Assembly (NCBI GenBank): GCA_963665095.1
Contig: OY762069.1
Coordinates: forward strand, 1,472,001-1,536,000
DNA: 64,000 nt
DNA from: an uncultured Desulfobacter sp.
Lineage (GTDB): Bacteria > Desulfobacterota > Desulfobacteria > Desulfobacterales > Desulfobacteraceae
Direction of reading: 5' to 3'
The position numbers and the translations under genes were made by a program. The notes beneath the pieces are model-generated. The model was not told the origin of the DNA. It worked only from the letters and a program-made list of their open reading frames with translations, and made no database searches. Shown piece after piece: positions 30,501 to 39,094 of the stretch; position 1 is the first letter of the stretch; each line of letters opens with the position of its first letter.

Positions 30501-30539
30501 CACACAAACCTAAAACCTTACCGGTAAAAAGGGGATCTT

Positions 30540-31475
30540 ATGGAAATATCAACGCTCACCCGTATTGTCACCCCCATGGGGATTGCTGTTATCATGCTGG
30601 GCATGGGAATGTCACTGACCCTTGATGATTTTAAAAGGGTATGGGTCCAGCCCAAACCTGTTTTTATCGGTATTATTCTGCAGATTATCGGCCTGCCACT
30701 GCTGGGTATAGCCTTTGTCTCCATCATTGGCCCGGATCCGGTGACGGCTGCCTCCATCATGATTTTATCCGCCTGCCCGGGCGGGGCCATCACCAACCTT
30801 GTCTCCTATATTTCAAGGGGGGATGCAGCGCTTTCGGTGAGCTTAACCAGCATTAACAGCTTTATCACCGTGTTGACCATACCCTTTATAACAGAATTTG
30901 CCGTGATCCATTATTTAGGTAAAGAAGCCGCCACAAATTTTAATATCGCCTTTGTCTCTTTGGGGATCATCTGTATTACCATCCCTCCCATTATTTCAGG
31001 GATGCTGATCAAACATAAATTTCCGGTGGGCGCTCAGAAATGCGAGCCCTGGGTCAGAAAAGGCACCATAGTTTTTATTTTATTTCTGGCAGGGGTTGCC
31101 TGTTACAGCGATTCAGACATATTATTAAACAACTATGGCAAACTTAGCGCATTGGCTTGTGCTTTGGCGTTTTCAAGTTTTTTCCTGGGCGGTACGGTGG
31201 GATTTCTGGCCCGCCTGCCCAGACGCCAGGTCTTAACCCTGTCCATTGAGGTGGGGCTTCACAACAGCGCCATGGCCATTGTCATTGCCATCAGTTTTCT
31301 GAATATGGTTGCTTTAGGGATTTTTTCAGGATTTTACCTGATTGTTGAATATCTGCTGTCAGGCCTGATCATGTACATGATGAACACCTCTTTGGGGTCA
31401 AAATTCCTGGGAACAGACAGCCTTGTGTGTCCGAAGGAGAACCACCGGGAAGTGAAACGCAACATGGAAATTTAA
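30540..31475 (+). CDS. Bile acid:sodium symporter (BASS) family transporter
   Basis: MLGMG.SL, CPGG..TN, GD.ALSVSLT, EVGLHNS. Confidence 0.9.
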   Translation: MEISTLTRIVTPMGIAVIMLGMGMSLTLDDFKRVWVQPKPVFIGIILQIIGLPLLGIAFVSIIGPDPVTAASIMILSACPGGAITNLVSYISRGDAALSVSLTSINSFITVLTIPFITEFAVIHYLGKEAATNFNIAFVSLGIICITIPPIISGMLIKHKFPVGAQKCEPWVRKGTIVFILFLAGVACYSDSDILLNNYGKLSALACALAFSSFFLGGTVGFLARLPRRQVLTLSIEVGLHNSAMAIVIAISFLNMVALGIFSGFYLIVEYLLSGLIMYMMNTSLGSKFLGTDSLVCPKENHREVKRNMEI

Positions 31476-31554
31476 GCGTATTCTTAGTTAAATGTCAGAC
31501 CGGCCATTGGAAAAAAGATAAATTAAAGCAAAAACCATTATCCTGTCAATCGCT

Positions 31555-32562
31555 GTGCTTATCGTCTTATCGGCCATCTCAGGCGTGCTGGTGATAAGAT
31601 CCTGGCAGCAGACCCCATATGGAAAGCTGCACCCTAATGCCGCGCTTTTATTAAAACTCATTCAATTCAAAAATGTGGATCTGTTCGAAGGAAATCCGCC
31701 CATCGACCAGGTCCGGAAACAAAGTGCAGGCAGTCGGGGTTTGCTGCAAAAATTCCCTGTAGATGTGGCCCTGATCCGTGATGATTTCCTGCCGGGCCCC
31801 ATTGGCAATATCCCATTCAGATGCTATTCATCACAAAAAAACTTGCGACCTCCTGTCATCATCTATTTTCACGGAGGCGGCTGGGCCTTAGGCTCCCTTG
31901 ATTCCCATGACAATATTTGCCGTTCCCTATCCAATAAAACTGGCTGCATGATTTTTTCCGTGGGTTATCACCTTGCGCCTGAGCATCCTTTCCCTGGTGC
32001 GTTAAACGATGCCTGGGCAGCCCTTTTATGGGTATGGCAGCATGGAGAAAAAAAACTGCATGCAGACACGTCAAAAATCATTGTGGCAGGTGACAGTGCC
32101 GGCGGCAACCTGGCCGCAGCAGTATCAATAATGGCAAGGGACAGGCAGGGACCTGCCATTGCCGCTCAGATACTGATCTATCCGGTTACCAACCCGTCAT
32201 CGATGAGGACCGAATCATATAAGCATTTTTCCAAAGGCTATTTTCTGACAAAATCATATATGAATCATTTCATATCAATGTATCTCCCTGACCCGGAAGT
32301 AAGAAAGAACCCGTATGCATCCCCGCTGATAGCCGATTCTTTCAAGGATCTGCCGCCGGCTATTGTGATTACAGCCCAGTTTGACCCACTCCGGGACGAA
32401 GGCGAACAATACGTTGAAAAATTGAAATATGCAAATATCCCTGTATCACACACCTGCTACAAAGGCATGATTCACGGATTTCTTTCCATGGATCGGATTT
32501 TTGGCGATGCCCAGCAGGCCGTGGACCATATCGCCATCCTTCTTAAGCCCTATCTGCAATAG
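31555..32562 (+). CDS. HSL-family alpha/beta hydrolase (lipase/esterase)
   Basis: HGGG, GDSAGG, DPLRDEG, HGF; start uncertain (see findings). Confidence 0.85.
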   Translation: MLIVLSAISGVLVIRSWQQTPYGKLHPNAALLLKLIQFKNVDLFEGNPPIDQVRKQSAGSRGLLQKFPVDVALIRDDFLPGPIGNIPFRCYSSQKNLRPPVIIYFHGGGWALGSLDSHDNICRSLSNKTGCMIFSVGYHLAPEHPFPGALNDAWAALLWVWQHGEKKLHADTSKIIVAGDSAGGNLAAAVSIMARDRQGPAIAAQILIYPVTNPSSMRTESYKHFSKGYFLTKSYMNHFISMYLPDPEVRKNPYASPLIADSFKDLPPAIVITAQFDPLRDEGEQYVEKLKYANIPVSHTCYKGMIHGFLSMDRIFGDAQQAVDHIAILLKPYLQ

Positions 32563-32579
32563 TGGATACCGGTTAAACT

Positions 32580-33350
32580 CCTGTTCGACAGTCATAGGTT
32601 TACAAAAACTCAAAAACAGCGCCAATAAAGGGATACGGCGATCGGCAAAAATGGCGTAGTGCCTACAAATTTAGGGGGTGGTTTGAATGGATTTGATCTT
32701 TTTATGAGGTGATATCTTCATTTTTTTGAATATGTTGCGCTGATTTGGAGTCAATTCTGTGTACTGTAGTATACGTCCATCTTTATGCAAAAATTTCCCC
32801 AGATGCAGGCGCTCGAGCTCGGCCCGCACCCGCGGCCAGGTCATGCCGGCCTCGAGTTCCGCGATCCTTACCAGCAGCAGGGCAAGCCAGCATAGCAGGA
32901 CATGGGATCTGATGCTGTCGTCCTTGGTATGGTAGACCGGCCTGAGGGACAGGGTTGATTTCAGTGTACGGAAAGCCCGCTCAACCTCCATTAGCTGTTT
33001 ATAGCCAAGGGCTACGTCTTCATCAGACAAACTTTGGTCGCTGTGCTTAAAAGATACTTGCCATCCAGCTTTTCGCATTGCCTGACCTTGGCTTTGTCCA
33101 CAGCGAGCTTCCCGGATTTCAACTCCTTGAGATACCTGCCCATGGACCGGTGGGCAAGCAGGGCATATTTTGCCTTGAGAAAGGATTTTTCCTGTAGCTT
33201 ACCCATAGCTTCCAGTTCAGCCTTGATCCGTTCCAGATTTCTTTCACGGACATGCTTGTCGTGTTCAGCCTGCTCTGGATTGTGTGCAACAACAAATCGG
33301 CGTTTCCCGCTACCCCCTCCGACATAGACCTCTTTAATATGAAGGTTCTC
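32580..33350 (-). mobile_element. IS1634-family remnant (3' part of the transposase, frameshifted)
   Basis: RFVVAHNP..A..D, LDGKYLLS, YKQLMEVERAFRTLKS.L.LRPVYH...HVLLCWLALL; one-base frameshift near 33043; IR-like CCTGTTCGACAG at ~32580. Confidence 0.8.
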
Positions 33351-33807
33351 TCCAGGTTGACCTGGTGGCAGATCCCGGAGTTGGGCGGAACCACCCTGAA
33401 GTTATCAAAGCTTGCCTGGGCCCATTTTAAAAGCCGGTAGTGCTCCTCATTGCGCTCATACTCTTTGGCCACATTCTTCTGCCGGCAATCCAGGGTGCCG
33501 TGGAAATCCACCTGAACGAAATGGTCCACCACCAGCTCCACCGGAATCATGGGGTTGACCAGGGAAGGGTCTTTGCCTGCTTCGGCCAGGGCATCACATC
33601 GCTGGAGGAGGCGTGACCGCCAGCAGATTTGCGCAACAGATTTTCCACGAGCACCCGGATGGAAAACGGCAGCCTGGCCAGTTCAGCCCCAGCCTTTACA
33701 TCCAGATGATGAAGGTTATAAAATAGACAGGTCTGATCACCGACCTGGATCTCATCCATAAAATCATCCGCATTTAAGACGGTAGAATTGCCTTCACTGG
33801 TCCCCAT
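33350..33807 (-). pseudogene. acnA: Aconitate hydratase A 5' fragment, internally deleted and truncated
   Basis: RLPFSIRVLVENLLR, then DALAEAGKDP..VNPMIPVELVVDH.VQVD...EYERN.E.Y..LKW...F.NFRVVPP..GICHQVNLE; RBS AAGGAG. Confidence 0.85.
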
Positions 33808-33986
33808 TTATTGTCTCCTTACCTGGTTTAATTTCCGGGTTTAATTACCGGGCTTCAGGCAATGCCTGTTTTTTTATCTGCTGTTTTCCTGTTTATAATT
33901 TTATCCGCCTTTGACTTGATTGGATTGGATTGACTGGCTGAATCGATTGGTGAAATTGGTAATTTTCATTCTTTCGAATTCTTAAG

Positions 33987-35516
33987 ACTCAACTTTCGGG
34001 ATTCGTTGAGACAGACTGCAGACCAGCCAACTCATTGAATTTATAACATAAAAACTTGTAGAGCCCAGCTGTTTGATATATAATAAATTCGCTAAAAAAA
34101 TACAATAATATCAAACAGTAAGGGCTCACATGATACATACCAATATTGAAACAAAAACTCAAACAGACATTCAGATTTTAGGCAAAATTGATGACTTTTT
34201 CAGCAAATTTTCCATTGCTACATCTTTGCACCGATGTGGTGTCCGAAAACGTCATGGATATAGTGTCCGTTCATTGATTATGGCTATATTTACATTACCA
34301 TTCCTGCAAAAAGATTTCTTTAGGGGAATTGTAATCAATGACGACTTGTCATTTGGTAAAGACGCTGCATATGAAGTTCTCAAGGGTGGGAACTCTAACT
34401 GGCGGCGCTTACTTTTGTCTGTTGGTATCAAACTGTACCATTTTTTCGATCCATTAACCGATGAAAATCGTGAATCGGTACTGATCGCCGATGATAGCCC
34501 TTATGATCGCTCCCGGTCAAAAAAAGTCGAGCTTCTTTCAAGGGTATGGGATCATAGCACTGGTAAATTTATCAAGGGATTCAGAATGCTGACACTCTGC
34601 TGGTCAGATGGGCCAGTTGTCTGCCGTTAGATTTTTGTCTTCTGTCCTCCTCAGATGCCAAAAAGCATCTTTGTGAAAATCAAAAAATCATGGATAAAAG
34701 ATGCACCGCATGGAAACGAAGGCAAGAGGCTATAATTACAGCACCCGAGAATCTGGAAGCCATGGTCAAACGGGTTCTGGCTACAGGCGTTCGTGCAAAA
34801 CATATATTGATGGATAGCTGGTTTATGATGCCCGCCACAGTTACAGCATTAAGCAAATACATTAATGTTGTGGGGATGGTGAAGAAACATCAAAAATTCA
34901 TTATGAATTCAACGGGAATTGGGTGGATGTGAAAGCGATCTACCGGCAACTCAAAAAGCGTCGTGGTCGGGCAAAGCTCCTGGCAAGTACCATCGTTACT
35001 CTGAAGGGTGGATTGTCTGCCAGGCTTGTTTTTGTGCGCGACCGGCGCAAGAAGGACTGGTTGGTGTTACTCTCCACAGACCTTGAATTGTCAAATGAAG
35101 ACATCGTTCGAATTTATGGTAAACGCTGGGATATTGAGGTGTTGTTCAAAATGGCAAAACAGCATCTGAAGCTGGCAAAAGAGATGCAATGCCGAGACTA
35201 TGACGCCCTGGTGGCCCACACCACTATTGTTTTCATGCGATATATGTTTTTGGCCTATCAAAATCGAACCCAAACGGATGACAAGACCTTTGGAGAATTG
35301 TTCTATGCCTGCTGCGAGGAGGTCGCCGATATATCTTTTGTTGAAGCTCTTTACAGAATAATGATTATTGCCGGTGACCAGTTGAAAAAAATGGGTAACT
35401 ATTGTGAGCAGACCGCGACAGCGTTTTTTGATGCTGTTATGGGAACAACCCTCCAGCAATTCGGTTTTGTAGAAAATCGAAAGTTAGCTGGTAATTTTTA
35501 AACCCGAAAGTTGAGT
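33987..35516 (+). mobile_element. IS4-like (DDE) insertion sequence, 1530 bp, transposase frameshifted
   Basis: Perfect 14-bp terminal IRs ACTCAACTTTCGGG / CCCGAAAGTTGAGT enclosing transposase pieces. Confidence 0.9.
34130..35501 (+). pseudogene. IS4-like transposase split into three frames
   Basis: LIADDS, LMDSWF, YGKRWDIEVLFK (Y-R-E-K) motifs; single-base losses at ~34611 and ~34886. Confidence 0.85.
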
Positions 35517-35519
35517 TAT

Positions 35520-35548
35520 TTGACAAAACCTGTTTTGTTCTCCATTAT
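35520..35548 (+). promoter_or_regulatory. Sigma-70 promoter of the T-box/ileS transcript
   Basis: TTGACA-17 bp-CATTAT immediately before the leader. Confidence 0.65.
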
Positions 35549-35558
35549 TGATTCAATT

Positions 35559-35866
35559 GCGATGATGGAGAAGAGTAAAACACACGCTTTGTCACAAGAG
35601 AAGCTGCCCATTGGCTGGAAGGCGGCCGGCACAAGCCTGTTTGAAAATCACTCCTGAGCAGCCCGGGTGAACTTGTTTTTTTAACGCAAAACTAATCCGG
35701 GCCGTGTTGCCTGCGTCAAGGGTAAGGGGGATGATGGTCCCCTGATGAGTGCGGCATGGAATCGGATGTTTCATGACCGAAGTAAGGTGGTACCGCGGAA
35801 AACCTTTTGTTTTTCGTCCTTACATTGATTTAATGAAAGGATGAAAAACAAAAGGTTTTTTCTTTT
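35559..35866 (+). ncRNA. T-box riboswitch (Ile, AUC specifier)
   Basis: Stem I with AGAGA/GCUG-type motifs, specifier GAAA-AUC-A (35647-35649), T-box AAGGTGGTACCGCG (35784-35797), antiterminator partner TCGTCCTT, terminator with U-tract to 35866; directly upstream of ileS. Confidence 0.92.
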
Positions 35867-35902
35867 GCTTCGTCCGTAAACCTGTAAAGGAGCAATTACC
35901 TG

Positions 35903-38900
35903 ATGGCACCAGTACCTTCATCTGTCTCTTTCCCAAAGCTTGAGGAAGAGATCCTCAATTTCTGGAAAGAGAACCGGATTTTTGAGAAATCCCTTGAAAA
36001 AACCAAAGACAAACCACCCTATATCTTTTACGACGGCCCGCCCTTTGCCACAGGCATGCCCCACTACGGCCATATCCTGACCTCTTATATCAAGGACACC
36101 ATCCCGCGGTTTTTCACCATGCAGGGACGGTTTGTAGACCGCAGGTGGGGATGGGACTGCCATGGGCTTCCCATTGAGTACGAGATCGAAAAAAAACTTG
36201 GCATCAGCGGAAAACAGGCCATTGAAGCATACGGCATTGACCAGTTCAACCGGGCCTGCGCACAGATCGTTCTTAAATATGCCGACAGCTGGAAAAAGGT
36301 CATTGACCGCATCGGCCGGTGGGTGGATTTCAGCCGCCAGTACAGGACTATGGATCTTTCATATATGGAAAGCGTGATGTGGGTCTTCAAAACCCTTTAT
36401 GACAAGGGGCTGATCTATGAAAGCCTTAAAGTGGTTCCCTATTGCAACCGCTGCCAGACCCCTTTGTCCAACTTTGAGACCGGTCTGGATGACGCATACC
36501 GCCTCCGGGATGATCCTGCGGTGACCGTGGCTTTCAAGGACAGTACAGATCCTGAACTTTTCTATCTTGCATGGACAACGACACCATGGACCCTGCCCTC
36601 CAACCTGGCACTGGCCGTGAATCCGGACCTTGATTACTGCCTTGTGGAAAAGGAAAATTCCGGTAAGCTCATCCTTGCCGAGGCCCGGTTTAAAAGCTAT
36701 AGAAAACAGTTAGAAGAGGCGACCATAGTTAAACGCTTCAAGGGTGAGACCCTTGTGGGCCGCTCCTACTTACCCCTGTTTGATTTTGCAAAGGAGACGG
36801 TGGGAAACAGGCCTGAAAATGGTAACCGATTCACGATCCTTGCCGCCGACTATGTGGATGCTGAATCCGGGACAGGCATTGTTCATACCGCGCCAGCCTT
36901 TGGAGAAGAGGATTTTAACCTGTGCCGGGATGCAGGCATTGACCCCTTCGACCCTGTGGGTCCGGACGGATGCTTTACCCGGGATGCAGCCGCGCTTGAA
37001 GGAACAGACGTGTTCCAGGCCAACGCCCTGATCATCAGGCAGCTTAAAAAAAAGGGACAGGTGTTCTCACACGAAAGCTATCGCCACTCCTATCCCCATT
37101 GCTGGCGCTGTGACAATCCCTTGATCTACAGGACCATCAGTTCCTGGTATGTGAAGGTTACGGCATTTAAAGAGCTTATGTCTGAAAAAAACCGGAACAT
37201 CAACTGGATTCCCGATCATATCAAAGAGGGACGGTTCGGCAGGTGGCTGGAGGGTGCCAGGGACTGGGCCATCAGCCGGAACAGGTTCTGGGGCAGCCCC
37301 ATTCCGGTCTGGCGGTGTGACACATGCAACGCTGAATTTGTGCCGGGAAGTCTTGAGCAGCTGTCAAAAGCTGCGGGCCAAAAGGTTGCGGACTTGCACC
37401 GTCCGGACTGCGACAATATCCATTTCAGCTGTACCAAACCGGGATGCAAGGGCAAAATGGGCCGGGTTCCCGAGGTGCTGGACTGCTGGTTTGAATCCGG
37501 GGCCATGCCCTATGCCCAGGTCCATTTCCCCTTTGAAAACCACAATGGATTTGAACAGAACTTTCCTGCATCCTTTATCGTGGAGTACGTGGCACAGACT
37601 CGGGGCTGGTTTTACACTCTTATGGTGGAATCTGCTGCCATCATGGAAAAACACCCCTTTGAAAATGCCATCTGCCATGGAGTGATCCTGGCCGACGACG
37701 GCAGAAAGATGTCCAAGAGCCTGAAAAACTTCCCGGACCCCATGAAGGTGGTCCGGGCACACGGCAGTGACGGGTTGCGGATATACCTGCTCTCTTCGGC
37801 GGTGGTCAAAGGGGCGGATATTCGATTTTGTGAAAATGGGGTCAAGGACTCGGTTCGACGCTATCTGATCCCTTTATGGAACAGTTTCCATTTTTTTACC
37901 TCCTATGCGGAACTTGCCAAAGGATATACACCGGCTACCATTCAATTACCCGGCCCTGGGGCGAATATGGCGGACCGCCATATCCTAAGCGAGCTTGAAA
38001 CCCTGAAAATCGAAGTTGCACAGGCAACCGAAGCATATGCGCTGCCTAAATGCTACGCAAGGATTCTGGATTTTATCGAAACCCTGTCCGGCTGGTATAT
38101 CCGTAATAACCGGGAACGGTTCTGGGTGGATAAAATCAATCCGGACTCCGCTGCAGCTTTTAATACGCTTTACACGGTTTTGGTGGAGGCCTCACGCATA
38201 TGTGCACCTTTTATTCCTTTTACAACAGAGTACATTCATCGCCATTTAACTGAGGAATCGGTCCATTTAGCGGATTGGCCGACGCCTGTTCCCGGGCGGC
38301 TGGATGAAAAGCTGAACCAGGTGGTGGCCCAGGTCCGGGCTCTGATCGAAGGCGGGAGAAGTCTGCGGGAAAAGGCCCGGATCAACCTGAGACAGCCCCT
38401 GCTCTTTATCCGGGTTGCAGGCCTGCCAGAGAACGATCTTGAACAGTTTTCATCTCTGATCCGGCAGCAGCTCAACGTTAAAGAGATCCGGTTTGAGCAG
38501 GATGTGGAAAGTTTTGCTGAAATTGAAATCCGACTGAATGCCAAAACCCTGGGGCCTGTGCTTAAGCAGAATTTAAAAGAGGTGATGCAACAGGTTGCCG
38601 GCAACAAGTTTACCATGGATGATGAAGGCGGGCTGATGGTCGGCAGCCACCGAATTGACCAATCAGATTATGAAAAAAGATACTCAGCCCGCAATGATAA
38701 GGAAACCGTATGGTCAGGCCGGGGTCTTGAATTATCCCTTAATCTGGAGATTTCCCGGGAACTCAGACTTGAGGGGCTGGCCCGCAATCTTAACAGGACC
38801 ATCCAAGATGCCAGAAAAAAAATGGGCCTGGCTTATGACCAGAGAGTCGTGCTTTGCATTGAGGTGGATGGAAACTACAGCGACAGCCTTGCCACCCACA

Positions 38901-39019
38901 GGAAGTGGCTCATGGCCCAGGCTCTGGCAGAAAGGATTGAATTTTGTGTGCCAAATCCTTACGCCGAACTTAAAGATGAAGACGGCACATTGAAAATCCA
39001 GGTAATTCCTGTGGAATAA
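35903..39019 (+). CDS. ileS: Isoleucine--tRNA ligase, type 2 (IleRS2)
   Basis: DGPPFATGMPHYGH, GWDCHG, WTTTPWTLP, DWAISRNRFWG, KMSKS; 1038 aa without a C-terminal zinc finger. Confidence 0.95.
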   Translation: MAPVPSSVSFPKLEEEILNFWKENRIFEKSLEKTKDKPPYIFYDGPPFATGMPHYGHILTSYIKDTIPRFFTMQGRFVDRRWGWDCHGLPIEYEIEKKLGISGKQAIEAYGIDQFNRACAQIVLKYADSWKKVIDRIGRWVDFSRQYRTMDLSYMESVMWVFKTLYDKGLIYESLKVVPYCNRCQTPLSNFETGLDDAYRLRDDPAVTVAFKDSTDPELFYLAWTTTPWTLPSNLALAVNPDLDYCLVEKENSGKLILAEARFKSYRKQLEEATIVKRFKGETLVGRSYLPLFDFAKETVGNRPENGNRFTILAADYVDAESGTGIVHTAPAFGEEDFNLCRDAGIDPFDPVGPDGCFTRDAAALEGTDVFQANALIIRQLKKKGQVFSHESYRHSYPHCWRCDNPLIYRTISSWYVKVTAFKELMSEKNRNINWIPDHIKEGRFGRWLEGARDWAISRNRFWGSPIPVWRCDTCNAEFVPGSLEQLSKAAGQKVADLHRPDCDNIHFSCTKPGCKGKMGRVPEVLDCWFESGAMPYAQVHFPFENHNGFEQNFPASFIVEYVAQTRGWFYTLMVESAAIMEKHPFENAICHGVILADDGRKMSKSLKNFPDPMKVVRAHGSDGLRIYLLSSAVVKGADIRFCENGVKDSVRRYLIPLWNSFHFFTSYAELAKGYTPATIQLPGPGANMADRHILSELETLKIEVAQATEAYALPKCYARILDFIETLSGWYIRNNRERFWVDKINPDSAAAFNTLYTVLVEASRICAPFIPFTTEYIHRHLTEESVHLADWPTPVPGRLDEKLNQVVAQVRALIEGGRSLREKARINLRQPLLFIRVAGLPENDLEQFSSLIRQQLNVKEIRFEQDVESFAEIEIRLNAKTLGPVLKQNLKEVMQQVAGNKFTMDDEGGLMVGSHRIDQSDYEKRYSARNDKETVWSGRGLELSLNLEISRELRLEGLARNLNRTIQDARKKMGLAYDQRVVLCIEVDGNYSDSLATHRKWLMAQALAERIEFCVPNPYAELKDEDGTLKIQVIPVE

Positions 39020-39028
39020 AGGGTAAAT

Positions 39029-39085
39029 ATCACCCCCCGGGGGCAAGATGTCCTTCCCCCCGGAGGGTGATTTATTCCTTTTTTT
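39029..39085 (+). terminator. Intrinsic terminator between ileS and lon
   Basis: ATCACCCCCCGGGGG / CCCCCGGAGGGTGAT stem followed by a T-rich tract. Confidence 0.75.
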
Positions 39086-39094
39086 AAGGGTGGT

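Noticed and set aside
33119..33550. 143-aa ORF as a real gene
   Set aside because: Chimera of an acnA fragment and out-of-frame IS1634 sequence.
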